This document shows positions 29,600 through 43,203 of a DNA stretch of 64,000 nucleotides, in pieces. Origin of the DNA: the human T2T-CHM13v2.0 reference genome, Homo sapiens; assembly GCF_009914755.1 (NCBI RefSeq), contig NC_060937.1. One strand, written 5' to 3'. How positions within the stretch are numbered: the stretch's first letter is position 1; every line of letters begins with the position of its first letter. Both the position numbers and the translations under genes were made by a program. The notes beneath the pieces are model-generated. The model saw nothing but the letters and a program-made list of their open reading frames with translations, ran no database searches and was not told the origin of the DNA.

Positions 29600-31394
29600 G
29601 TTAGAAGTCTTTATTTGTGACACTGTATTTTCAAAATAAAATGTTAATCTACCTGCAAAAAAAAAGAAAAAATATCGAATGTGATCATTCTTATGGCCAA
29701 AAGGATACATGTGTGGAATTTATATTTTTAACAGACTGCCATATTTGAAAATTCCAATCTTTCATCTGTATTTGCTCTACCTGGTATTGTGCGAGTGAGT
29801 AGAGACACATGGATGGACAAAACATGGTTTCTTCCGTTAGACTCATAGCCTAGTGGGAGAAAACAGTTAAGAACACAAATTACAATAAAACACAGTGGTA
29901 GCGGAACACTCAGGATTCTATGGGAACTGAAATCAGGTGTGCTTCATAACTGAGATTTTGGAAGGCTTGCACAAGGCAAAGGGTCACTTGGAGCAAATCT
30001 CAACAGATGAACAAAAAAATGGGGCAGGGAGGTGGAGATAAAGGGAAAGGATAGGCTTCTAAGAGGCAGATATCAATACATGCAAAGTATAGTAAACACC
30101 ATAGTGTATATTGCAACAGACAGGAATTTACTCACAACTATAGAACACACAGAAAATGTAAGCTTTAGAATTTTTTAAACGAATTTTCTTTTGCTCTGGA
30201 CGCCTCCTTTCTTCCCTATCATTTTCACTGGAGAGTAGAAAGAATACTGAATAAGTTCTAAATAAGCCCCCGCTGCCTTGACATAAACTGGGTCTCTTTG
30301 GAGAAGCTTGTATATTTCAAGGTTTCTTCACCCTTCTTCGTCTTTGTTTCTCCTCTGGTAGCCTCCAGATGGCACAAGGAAAGCTCATGTAATTTCATCG
30401 TGGAAGGAAGGGGTGTCCTGCCTCTGTGTGGTCCTTCTCTACAGGATTTTACTGATCTCCACTTGAGATGTCATTTTATTGACTGATATCTGGATGTCAT
30501 CCAGCTGCAATAACTTGTGGGAATTCTTTTTGTATGGACTAGTGTGTGTGTGAGTGTGGCTCCTGGAGAAAGCAGCTGTTCCTCCCGTCAGCCCCCCGAC
30601 ATGGCTTAGCCCCCTGAAACTCAACTCTGTCTTCCTTTGGCCAATGATTCTGGAGAATCTGCCTTTGCACCACCACATGGTGGCTTTCTCTTGGCTGACA
30701 CACTCAGATACTCTCTGAGACTCCCATAGCATCCCATGACAACCTCTGAATCTCTTTCATGACATTTGGAGGCCATGAGAAATAAGGGATGTCAGGCTCT
30801 CTCACACTCTCTACCTCGCCCTGCCCCAATTTCTGCTCGGATTCAGGTCCACATATTGGTACAGGGACTGAATCAGATAACTTGAAATTTTCTCAGTGTA
30901 TGATCTTGAGGTCCAGAGGAACTAGCTCTGGAGTTACTTCAAAACATTCTCATTGTTTGGCAGACTTCACTGGAGTGGGTGGAGAGGTCAGGAAACAAGA
31001 CATTCCTGGAAAAAACTGATTGTCCTGCTCTCTCTCTCTCTCCTAGATAAAAGGAAAGCTCTCTATACCCTTCCTGTTAAAGAAGGATTTCCTTTGTATT
31101 ACATTTATTATTTTCTTTATATTCTCTCATCTTTGCCTTAAGAGAAAAAAGACTGCAGGAAAATAAAAAAGAAAGATGTTTGCTGAGAAGGGAAAATGTA
31201 TTAGGAAATATTTCAAAAAATATTTCCCTAATTAAACATATTTGGGGAATTACATGTGGTTTGTGTAGTGGCCATTTAATTCCTAAAGGCACAGATCTCT
31301 GAATTTGGAAATAATGTACCCAGGCTTTTTCAGCTGATACTACAAACGGGAAAACAGCTTTACCAGTGACATATTTTCTTGATTTAGGAAGGTG

Positions 31395-31640
31395 GGTTCG
31401 TGGTTCAGAACAGAAGCTCTGAAGCCACATTATCTGGGCTCAAAGTTCATATCCACCACCTATTTATTGTGTATGCTTGGGAAATTTACATTACTTCTTT
31501 TTATGCTTTAGTTTTCTCATCTGTAGAAGAGCAAAAGCAATACTTCCTACTTTGGATAACTGTTGTGAAAATTTATTAATTGTGTATATTAAAAAAAAGA
31601 GTGGCTGGCATGAAGAAAAAAACTAAAAATGCTGGCTTTA
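31395..31640 (+). mobile_element. MIR
   Basis: GTGGTTCAGAACAGAAGCTCTGAAGCCA..AGTTTTCTCATCTGTAG core. Confidence 0.6.
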
Positions 31641-34600
31641 TTAACATTCATGAAAATTAAACTTACTGTTTTCTAATCTGGTGAGAAAAATTCATCATGA
31701 CCCATGGTGAATATGCATATATATAACTAATCCTTCGCCACTAAAGTTAATCTTTGAAATTTTAGCCATTTTTCTTTTAGCAGAATAGAAACAGATAAAC
31801 ACCATGTTAAATCTTATCACTATTTAGGCATGCAATCTAGAAAAACATGACTGAGTTAAGTCTGCTAGATTTTAGATAATCACCATATATGCTTATTTAC
31901 CTAAAAGGCAGCAGCCACACAATGCTTTCATTTTCTCTTTATTCCATTTGAAAATAAATTATTTCCTTGATGTGTATTCGTGACTTTTGTTGGAGTTCAC
32001 GGAAACCTTGAGGTCAAGCCAGAAGGCAAAATTTGGCCTTAAGTGAAACTAAGCAAGATACCAGGACAATTTGTTCTCTCTTAATCATATAGGACAACTT
32101 GAACAAGTATCATTATTGAATAGCTTGATCCCTAGATGCTACTATAACTGTTGAGGCACCTTGAGGTTATCCTGCAAATTATATTTTAATGAAGATCCGA
32201 GTATGACTTGATTTGTCCATGATTATAGTTTAATTTCTCTTTACTACTCCATTTGATGCATGGATTTGATTTTTAAGTTAGCCAATATTTTTTCATCAGC
32301 AAAGTATAAGAAATTGTTTGTGACAACTCTTTTTTAGGCATGTTGATCTCTGAAAAATCTAGAAATTTATTTAATGAAATGTCAATTTGGAAGGAAATGA
32401 AAAAACTTAAGAGCCATTCAAAAATGAACAAGGAAAAAATGTGGTAATAAACCCCTATGATGTTTACTATTTTAAAGGCAAAAAAGTGACATAATTTACT
32501 TTAAAATGTTTAATGTAAATAGTGAATGATAAATGCCAATACAAAAGGCTAAAATAAATATTGCATACCAAAGATATTTTGCAGTTAGAAAAATAGACAC
32601 GATACCTGCATTATCTTTAACAGAATTCAGCAAACTAGAGCGCTCCAACTATAAACAATAAAAGGCACTAAAATATGTGAAGCCAAACTTTAAACTTGTA
32701 ATTGCTGGAAAAATCTACATTATTTCTGAAGAACGGATGATTTGCTGAATAAAAGATTTACTAGAAAGAAGTAGCCTCATGCACACTTAAAGATGTTTAA
32801 GCGTGATAAAGTTCTTTTATTCTCCCAAAGAGTAAGGAAATTCTCAGATTTGACACAGCAGGTTTAGAGTAGATTGTGAATAAAATGAACTTTCTTGTCT
32901 CTGAATCTTTCTTTTATATTTTGTAAGTGCCATCATAAGCCTTTGGGAAAGCTTTGTTTTTGCTAACATGAATACTGGAAATTGCTGTGTATATAAACGG
33001 CATAAAGATAATAGTTCCAATTCTTGAGCAACAGATCACTCTTACTAATAAAATTGATCGATGCATTAGAAGTTACAATATATAGCTCTACATTCAGTAG
33101 AAATAATCACACGTAAGTGTTTTTGAATGACTGGATGAAGAAAAGAACAATTATAGGTGGTAAAATGTAGTACCAAAATACAGATTTTTGTATTTGAATC
33201 AGACAAAGAAGGTAATTAAAATAAATGAAGCAACTTATTTAAATATTTATAAGCAACTTCCAAAAATTGGGACTCTAGAAATAAAAAATATTCTTGGATA
33301 CTTCCATTTCACCATCAAAAGGCTGTCACTAACATCCTATTTAATGAAACAGAATGGGCCAATGGAATATTTGTTTGAACAATAACTTAAGACAAAATTT
33401 TGATGAATTTCTTAGTGTCTATAATATACTGAGAATTTGCCTATAACTTCCAAGTGGTCTGGGCACTCATTAAAACATGAGACCATCGGAGTTTACTGAA
33501 CTGGTATTTTATCTTCCCCTTCTCCATCTATGGCTCTACTGTTTTTGTAGTCCTACTCCCCAAAAGTAGTTAGAATGCAGTATATAAATGAATGCTCTAA
33601 TAAGACATCTTATATTAGTTACAATTTTCACTTCCAACTGCCCATGTATTTGCCTTGTTTATTCCTCTATAACTTTATGTATTGTTTTCAAACCCCCAAC
33701 AAACATATAGCAATATACCTGTCTGTCATAAACTTTCTTCTAAAAGCAGCCAGTCTTATACATCAAGTATTTCCCATGCTGTGAACATCTATTTCCAAAT
33801 GAGGTTAGGACAAATGAAGGTATAAATATAAATGTGACAATGTCAATCAGAAACAATCTTATAAAAGAAGCTTAGGAGCAAAAAAAATCCGGATTTTACT
33901 TATCTCAAAGTCATTCGCTTAAAAATATTATTTTATTAGAAATTGTACAGAAATACTTTATAACCTGAGGAAATATAAGACAAGATTTTAAATTTACAAC
34001 ATATAACAATAATAGCGAATCTCACAGAGCAACAAAATATTTAGCAGCGGTACAACTTTTCAAATGACCAGCTGACAGGAAGGTGTAGATACAGGCACAG
34101 ACAAAACAATGAAACCATTTTGTTATGCACATTTATGTGCATTCAAACCAGAAAAAAAGTAAATAAAAGAGCAATGCAATCTGCAGGAATACACATTTTT
34201 AACATTTTCTTATAATCTTAAATAATCTACATTACACTCAATTTATGTGGAAAAGTCACTATGTGGTTTCTAAACAGAAATGTACTTGCCTATTATCCAA
34301 AGGTTATCACTTTTTAAGCATGTAAAAATTAAGGTTTTAAAAATGTTTCTTAAACTCATTTTATTAAAACAGTCAAAAACAATAAGAATTATTTCATTGG
34401 CCAATCACTCTAACCTTACCCTGTATATTACAGCTTGGGCTAACCAATCAAAATGCAAAATATTAGCAAGGTCATAGTAGTATAACAAAACATACTACTA
34501 TATTTCACAGATTACAAAAGACATTAAAATTCTGATACCCCATTCATAAGGAAAAGATTGTAATGAGAATAGAAAATGGCACAACATTAATTCATTGTGT

Positions 34601-37174
34601 GACAAAGAATATAATGAGAATGGGAAATAGTACAAACATAACTCATTCTTGTTACAGTTTTAAGATTGTAATGTCGTGGTTCATATCACATACTTAGCAA
34701 GTAGGTGGTAGCCAACGTGTTGCAATATTCAATGGCTATTCTGAATTTAGTGAGAGCATTATTATATGTATCTATATAGATATATAATATTTTAAAACTT
34801 TCAAATTTGGGAAGGAGCGTATTTAAAAATTAAATAATGTTGCTAAAAAGCTTCATTTGAAAAGATAGCATGTGTATGATTAAAATGTGAAGAGTGTCAT
34901 AAATCCAGTAGACAAGTGAAAATATGAAACTAAAATGTGCTGTTGGATACATTCAAATTAATATTTTAAAATAGAATAAAATATATTGGTAAGCAATTAC
35001 CTTAAATCATTTTATAAAGCAGTGCATGATTTTATAAAATATGCAACTATTACATTGCAAAGTCAGGGAATGTTTTCAGAGTGGTTGCAACTCTTCACTT
35101 GATAATCAGTTCTGCTCTCTGGCTATTCTAAAAAGAACAAATATGCCCCCATAAGAACTGGAAGTAATATTCTAGTAACTATATAACACTGGGAAAGTAA
35201 AGTTTGTATTTTGCGATAAAAATATTATGTTTAATTGCAATATAAATAGTCTAATGAGCGCTTGTGATCAGGAAAATTTTTTTTTAAAGCTCTAAAAAGT
35301 TGCTTTTAAGCAATTACAAAAATAACCAGTGACAACTCCACTTCACCAACTTTAAAAATTATCCACACACATAGAAGGGCATTTTATGGATTATCACAGA
35401 CATTTCGTGTATGTGTGTGTATACTTCAAAGTGCATTCCCTTGTCGATTCTACTTTTTAATTACATAAGCAGTGGTTAATATTAAGATTAGATTTGAACT
35501 TATTTGCATTCCTTAAATAAATATCCAATAACATGCTGGGATGTGGGGTCAAATTTAATTAACCCAGGATTTTAAAATTGACATAAATTATCCCAAAAAT
35601 AGATAACCCACACATTTTTAATTGAGTAGTTGGCATGGGAATATTCCACATTTAAACATCTTTAGTTTATGGGGAAACTTGAATACAAAAAGAATTTTTG
35701 TGAAATGAATAATTACCTCTGTTAAAAATGTGTTCAATGGAGAAAAAATTGCTACTTCCATTATTAAATCAAAATTTAACCTAAGAACCCGTTCAACAAC
35801 ATATTTACTATCTTTTACAAGATATAATTAAATAATGCTTTTAAAAAAATAGTTTACAAAATTTAAAGTTCTTATAACTTTCAAGATTTCACTGATTATT
35901 TGGTACCCTAAAATAATATTTAAAATAACAATCTGTTCTATAAATTAAGTTTCTGTATGATACCTGATAATAACATGGAAATATAGACAGAGATAGTTTT
36001 ACTGGATGTAAGTAAGGCTATTATTCATTAATTGGATAGGTTGTAAAACTGTTTCTTAGTGAAACTAACTAGTTTGGGAGGATAGTATATCTTAATGGAT
36101 TTTAAAGGAGACTTTAGAATTTAGGAATTACATTGTCCAAAACTAATTGTGTATCTAATGGATGAGTAGGATCTCTTTCTCAGCAACTCACTCTATGGCA
36201 CAAAGAACTCATATCCATGTTAATTGCCCCCAGTGATTGTGGTTTTAAAGAAAGTGAAGGAAACCTGAAGAATTCTATGTTGCAAAGTCTTGTCAAAATG
36301 ATCTCAAAGTCCATACAGATTCCAAAAAGTGAGATGATTCCAATACTTAACATGCCCATTTAGAAAAATAAATTATTTGGTCCAAAAATGTTAAACAAAA
36401 AAGAAAGTATACTAAGCTTAATTACATTGAATGTAAACAACCGTGGATTCTCAGGTCAGGGACGCTAAAGGACAATTTTGATGTGTAATTACAATGCCTA
36501 CAAACAGACATGCTTTCTGTTTACTAATTTTGAGTGTTTTCAATTTGCCATGGACAATTGGACAATTGCTTTGTATTGCAAAATTTCCTAAGATTTTAGT
36601 TCTAGTTTTCTTAATTTTTCCAAATAAAAGTCTCAAGATAAGTTAATTCAATGCAGAAAACAATGTGAGTCTTTCTTAACCATGGAATACTGTACTATAG
36701 TTTATGCACATAAGCAGTTTTATGTATCTAACATGACTCTGGCTCTTTAACTTTTAACGTACCAATTAAGATGTTCAAACCTCAGATTTAAATAGCTGTC
36801 TATGACTGCTGACAGTTGATTTATTTCCTGATAATCATGGGAGCTGCTAAGTAAAAAAACAGAGAAAGCTTCTCTTAAAGAACACTGATATTCTGCCTAG
36901 CACTTGCTGAATTCTAATTCTGTGATTACGATGGAGAGAAGAGCTAAAATCTGAACACATTGCTCTCTTTCTTGAGAATTGTTTTTCATCATCTAACAAA
37001 CACTTTTGACCATTATAAATATGTCAACCATTGCATAGGATCTGGAATTCAATACTGAACTTGTGATACTGAGATAGAACATATACTTCAAGTTTTTAAA
37101 ATTTCAGCTAGGATATGAAGGTGATAGTGCTGATAAATCAATTTTTCATAAGAAAGTAAAATGTATTCATTCTC

Positions 37175-37632
37175 TGTGGTAGGCACAATGATGGCCTTCC
37201 AAAGATGTCCACATCCTAATCTCCAGAACCCACAAATGTCTACCTTACATGGCAAAGGAGAGTTTGCAAGTGTGATTAAGTTAAAGATCTTGAGGTGGGG
37301 AGATTATCCTGGATGATCAAGGTGGGATTAATATAATCACAAGGATCCTTAAGAGTAAAAGTGGGAGACGGCAAAGTCAGAAAGAAATTTGAAGACGCCA
37401 TGCTTCAGGCTTTGAAGATGGGAAAAGGGGCCGGGGGAAAAGAAATACAGGTGGCTGTTAGAAGCTGGAAAAGGGAAGAGAACAAATTATCCTCTAGAAC
37501 ACAGCCCTAATGACACCTTAACTTTAACCAGGTAAAACCCATTTCAACGTCTAATCTCTATAAGATAATAAATTTGTCTTACTTTAAGCCACTAAGTTTG
37601 TGGCTGTTATAGCAAGAATGGGAACTAATACT
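37175..37632 (+). mobile_element. MLT1D-like solo LTR
   Basis: TGTGGTAGGCACAATGATGG..AAAGATGTCCACATCCTAATC..TTTAAGCCACTAAGTTTGTGG..GGAACTAATAC. Confidence 0.8.
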
Positions 37633-40362
37633 ACCTCCAATATTTATTTTAAAAGACTTTTTAAGAGCAAGTTTCAACATACATCACTTTTAAACCATGC
37701 AAACTGGTAAGATTATATTTTTAACTAAAATTGTGCAATAGCAATATCATAACTTACCCCTGCAAAAAAAGTTTTTGCCATTTATGGTTGAAAAATTCTT
37801 ACTTAGAGCTCAAAAAGTGCTTTCAAGTTAGATGTATATTTAAATGCCTTTCCTCTGAAAATGTTTCCATTTCTTATGCAGCACAGTTAATGAAAGACAA
37901 CACAATAACGGAATAAACCAACTAAGTAACAAAAATTTTATTTTTACTTCTTCTGTAGATGGTTCCTATGATGAAGAAGCCTTACTATCTTACTTATTCA
38001 TTTGCTGTAATAATCCTTGGCAAATACATCTCATCACCTGATTATACCCTTGGTAAATTTCCTTATTTTGCAGTCTTTATAGAGGAAGGATACCCATCAC
38101 CATAAATCTTAAATATCTTTGCAAGTACAAGTGAAAATACAAGCCCATATATGTTAACAGCTGTACAACTGCCTCTTGGGATAAATGTATTATAGATGTA
38201 GAACAGTCGTAATGGCACTCACGATCTCATTTTTCCCATTTCATAGGTTTTATACCTGTGCCATCTGGGCAATACACCTGGATGTATGACAGGATCCTTA
38301 CAAGGCCTGGCTTTCTAAATCACCTTTTCTGGCCACTGATTTTTGTGGAGTTCTTTTAATTTTTGTTTCACACTAAACCTAAGTGTCTTATATAGATTGT
38401 GATGCATATAAACATTAGTATTAGAAGGAAGCATATTTTGTTGTGATTTAAAAAAACATGGGATTTAGTTTTATGAGATACAAATCAATGAGATCATGCA
38501 TTTTCTTTTAGTCTCTTCATTAACAAGGAGACTTTGGCCAAGTCATTAACTAATCTCTGCACATTTCCTCATCTTTCTGAAAACTAAAGAAACAATTGAG
38601 ATTATTGTTAGGTTTAAATGAGATAAATGTACCTGGAAGGGAATTTTTTTGAAGTGATATTTACATAATTTGTTTTATTGTTTAATTAGTGATATTTATT
38701 CAAATGAAATACAATGTAGTTGAATACAAAAAATACTTTTATTCCTTTTACTCCTTTTCAATTTTTCTTTCATTTTTATTCCTCATTGACTGTTTTTTTT
38801 CCCTCATCCAGCAATTGCATTACTACCATGTCATTATTATACATATTTTGGGTAGAAAAATTAGAGTAGGTAGAACAGAGGTTGGTGTTACTCAAGTCAA
38901 CGTAAATTCACCATAAAATCGTTCTTCATCTATTCTTGCTACCTTCTTTTGAGAGAGGCAACTCTGTGACTTTCAAAGCTTATCTTGTCTGAAGAAATGT
39001 CTAGTGCATCATATGATTATTATAATTGCATCCTCATGTCAATGACAGTATTCCTGGTAATGACAAAGTCATTTATTTTAACACAGTTGGTCTGTCCTGT
39101 TCTTGCCCTCTTTTATTTGGGTGCTCCTACTCTTCTGTAAAGTCTTTGCATCTTCTGGTTCCCAGTGTCTTCAAACCTCTTAACATGCAGGGACACCACT
39201 TGATTGTCCTCCCAAGCAATCTTCCTAGAAGCATTCTCTTTTTACTCTTTTCCCCAGAATAGCTGCATTAACACATTCTGCTGGAGGAGATTCACTCTTC
39301 AAAATTCTAATTGATTAACATAAAAATATGGCTTATGAGTTATGTCAAATCTCATTTCAAGTCTTGGTCCTGGCATGGCATATGACCTAGTTTTTCCCTA
39401 CTGGAAATGATTTCAATAAAAATGAATGTTCTTTAAGTTCTAGAGATAAGACACAATAGTGAGTGGTGAAAAGTAATACTATTAACAAATCATGGTTTTG
39501 TTAAATATGTGGAGGGAAGGTGGGCAAATGAAAAACTGAATCACCATCACTTGTATTGAAGTATAGGTACATATATACACATTTTAAATTCGGCTTTCCA
39601 AAAATGTATTCACAGAAACACCACCATATAGCATTTCAAATGTGCATCTTCCGGGTATGATGCTTCTGTGAGGGTCAGTACTGACACCACGGTTTTGTCT
39701 CTCTGACCCACTGGCTGAGTGTGCAATTGCTGCTCATCCTCTTAGGCATTTGGCAACTGTAACGCCACAAAGGAACCAGACAACCTTTCTCCTCATTATG
39801 TGCAGTTAAGTTTATCTTTGCGAGTGTTATTTGTAAGAAAGGCAGCAGGACTGGGAAACAAACCAAAGAAAATAATGTTAGCATAAATGCTTCAAAGGAG
39901 ACATGTGTTGCTAATGGTTTTTCAGAAACCATAGGGAGGGAGGGAGTAACACTTCCACTCCATTGAGCTGGCTTAATTTTTTCAAACCATGTGAACTATT
40001 TGAAGAGCTTTATAGAATTTCACTTCTGAATCAGGACTTTGCTACTTTAAAAGTGGCTGTTACTATTCTAATAGTCAGCATGAATGACAATAAGAAAATA
40101 CAAAGAAAAAAATTCAAGACGTAACTTCTGGAAATGCATCTGCCATTTTCATGGTGGTCAGGCACACATCCAGGGCAGCAACCATTCTTCCATGGTGATA
40201 AATATAAAAGATGACTTTGAGGAAAACTATGCATGTAGATGAGGATCACACTAGGACAAAGTCATAATTTTACATATAGCTTAGGAAGAAGGTCGTAGTT
40301 CAAATTTTCCTCCTTTTAAATGGATACCCATCATCCAAATAAGTTCTACAAATCATTTCTAA

Positions 40363-41010
40363 GCAAGGGGGAGAGAGAAAATTACTTTTACTCAACATTT
40401 AGTGTTATTACAGTATCTTTAATTTAGGTGAGGTCAGTTAACGGGACCAATAAATGTGAATCTTTTGTGTGTGGTGTGTATACTTCATATAAATTACATG
40501 AAAATTTCCTGTTTATCAGCAAGAGATTTGTACCCATTTTATAAAATATGTATAAGGACATCAGATGAGATGAAATGAAGAAGTCAGAAGACTTGGGTTC
40601 TAAAGATTGCTGAATGAATGTACCTGCCATGAACCAATGGTGTTACTATAAGTGAGTTATTAAATTCCCTTTGCCTGGATATTTTCATCTGTGAGACAGA
40701 CGTTTTTAATTCAGTTACCTATAGCCACACTTCCACCTCCATTGTTCCATGGCTTCTATAATAAAGTTACCCATTCTAATTAACATTGAAGTTGAATTCA
40801 GAGCTTCAAGAAATAAGTTTAGGGAAAAAGATTTTTCAAGCCCTTCAGCAAGAACAAATAAGCCAAAAACCTTTGCATGAGTTGGTCCTAGCCCTCTTTT
40901 GGTTCCATGGACTCAGGAATCTGTCCTGACACCTCAGCTACCATGCCCAGCTCTGCTACTATTGTCTGTGTTATACATAATTAGTCAGGTAGTTTTTAAT
41001 AACAGTTAAT
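40363..41010 (+). repeat. Ancient local duplication, copy A (long arm)
   Basis: Colinear with the reverse complement of 45350-46016, with exact 21- and 19-bp blocks. The first ~250 bp are also at 42953-43203. Confidence 0.85.
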
Positions 41011-42699
41011 ATTGTTTCTGGTTTTTTTTTTTTTTTTCTGTAACTCCCAGCAAGGACTTTAAGACATTTATTATTTGGGCAGAAATTGCAATTTATTTCT
41101 AACATAGATGGTTAACTTTAAGAATTCTCAGCTGCTAGCCAGTTTACCACCCCCAAACAACTTTATTTGAAAGAAGAAAAGAATTATGGAATGGTCAGTT
41201 TACTTTATTTATAAGTAACCATTGTCTTCTTGAATTTATACGTAATCAAAGATTCTCAATTCATTTAAAAGCAAACAATAGAGCTGAAAGCAATTTAATT
41301 GTTATAGACCCAGATACAGGATCTATTAAAGGGATTTGCTACTAAGAGGGATCGGCAGCAGAAAGGTACAGGTTTTAATGTCATGAGTTGATGAGGGAAT
41401 GTTTAAAACTTTGAAGGTAGTTCTTTGAATAATCTCATCCCTAACTAGTAAGGCTTCACTGAATATCGATTTTGACTTCCAGGCCATTAATTTTCAGCAT
41501 TCTGTTCTAAGATAAAAAGTTAAATCTAGTAATGGTTATTTTATATTACGTTTGCTTTAAAAAAATGGTTTATCTGAAGTTCAACTGAATATGAACTTTT
41601 GTGGAGTGCTTGGAATTTCCTTCCAGTGCAATGACATTAATGGCATCCTGGGCTCTGTTAAATGGAAGACAACTGAGGAAATTAGCAAGGTATTTATTTC
41701 TATGAGTTGTGAAAGCTCAGTTTTCTAACCTAGGAAATGCTTTCACAGTGGTGTAGTGGTGTGGATCATTAAGAGTATTTATTTTGTGATTTTAATTGAG
41801 CTTTCCAGGTCGTGCCTACTGAATTTTGGATCTTCCCCCAGCCATTCATCTTTTGATCTTACGGTTTATATTATCTCCAGAAACTTTCAGTAAAGTCGAT
41901 GCTGATTTTTTCACTTAGGTAAGCTTATTATTTCCTTTTAATAAAGCAAAGGAATTTCTCCAAAATCAAAGAGTTAAAAAATGTTGGGAACATTTAAAAA
42001 GTGAATTTAGTCTAAGAGGTCATGTATATACTAACGGTGACTAACAAAATTGAACACACAATAGAATATCTAGTTTAGGAGTAGATATTCAGTTTTACAT
42101 TATATATAAAGAGGAGTTTTAGAGCTGAAATTCTGTTTTAAAGCGATACTAGAGGACAGTAATTTTTAAATAGAAAGACCAGGGGGAAAGTGCATCCTTC
42201 CCAGAGAAGTAGATCAAAAGTGGAGAGGAATTTTTCAGACTTCACTCACCCTGCCTTTACCTGCCTACAATGCTAACATATTTCTCCTTGGGCACCTCCC
42301 ACCACCCATCTCAAAGTACCATCATTGTTACTAATGGGAGTCTGTGCTGACCTCAAGCGTGATGATGTAGAAGAAAAGTTGAATCCACTGCACTTTGGCA
42401 CGCATTGTACACTTAAAGGACCCAAACACTAGACGCAAAATCTAAATGAACTACTGGGAGATGTGAAGGAACAATTTTTTTTTTCTCTGAAATATGCTTT
42501 TTTCCCCCCTAATTTTGAAAGACCAGTGAGTATAAGAAATATTTCCAGTCCCTGTTAACTCTATCAGAAAAAGAAGAGTGAAGGAGTGAGGAACAAGAGA
42601 ACTGGCCCTTGGTCTCAGCCTTGTGGACTCAGTGGGTCCAAGGTGAACTGGAAGGCAAATGCCCTGTCTGAGGAGGGGCAACTGCTGCCCGTTTTCTCC

Positions 42700-42896
42700 T
42701 GATGGTTTACCAGGAAGATATGTGGGCTCTGGATTGCCAGATCTAGGTTTTTTTATTTCTTTCAGAAGATGTTTTTAACGTGTATTTTTATATGAAATCT
42801 CACACGTTTCAAATACTTACTACTAATATGGAAAATATTTTAACAGTGTGCGACAAGCAAAGCCCAATTGCAGGTTACCCATTTGGAACTTCTGAT
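42700..42896 (-). mobile_element. MER102-like hAT-Charlie fragment
   Basis: TTGCCAGATCT..TTTTTATATGAAATCTC..AACAGTGTGCG..CATTTGGAACTTCTG. Confidence 0.55.
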
Positions 42897-42952
42897 CTGT
42901 AATTTTATTTTATCTTGTTTTATTGGGAACAGATATATATATATATATATGT

Positions 42953-43203
42953 GCAGGGAGGGGAGAAGAAAATTATTTCAACTCTTAATATTATTATAGT
43001 ATCTTCAACTTAGGTGAAGTCAGTTAATGGGACAGTAAGTTGAATCTTTTGTTTACTGTACTTACAACTTAGGTAAATTACATGCAAGTTCCTTGTTTAT
43101 CAGCAAGAGCATTTGCACCCATTTTATAAAATATTGGTAAAGTCATATGTGGTAAAATGAAGGAGTCAGAAGACTTGGTTTCTAAAGATTTGCTGAGTGA
43201 ATA
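42953..43203 (+). repeat. Ancient local duplication, copy B (short, IR-bracketed)
   Basis: Shares TGTTTATCAGCAAGAG and ACCCATTTTATAAAATAT with copy A, and TCAGTTAATGGGACAGTAAGTT with inverted copy C. Confidence 0.85.
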
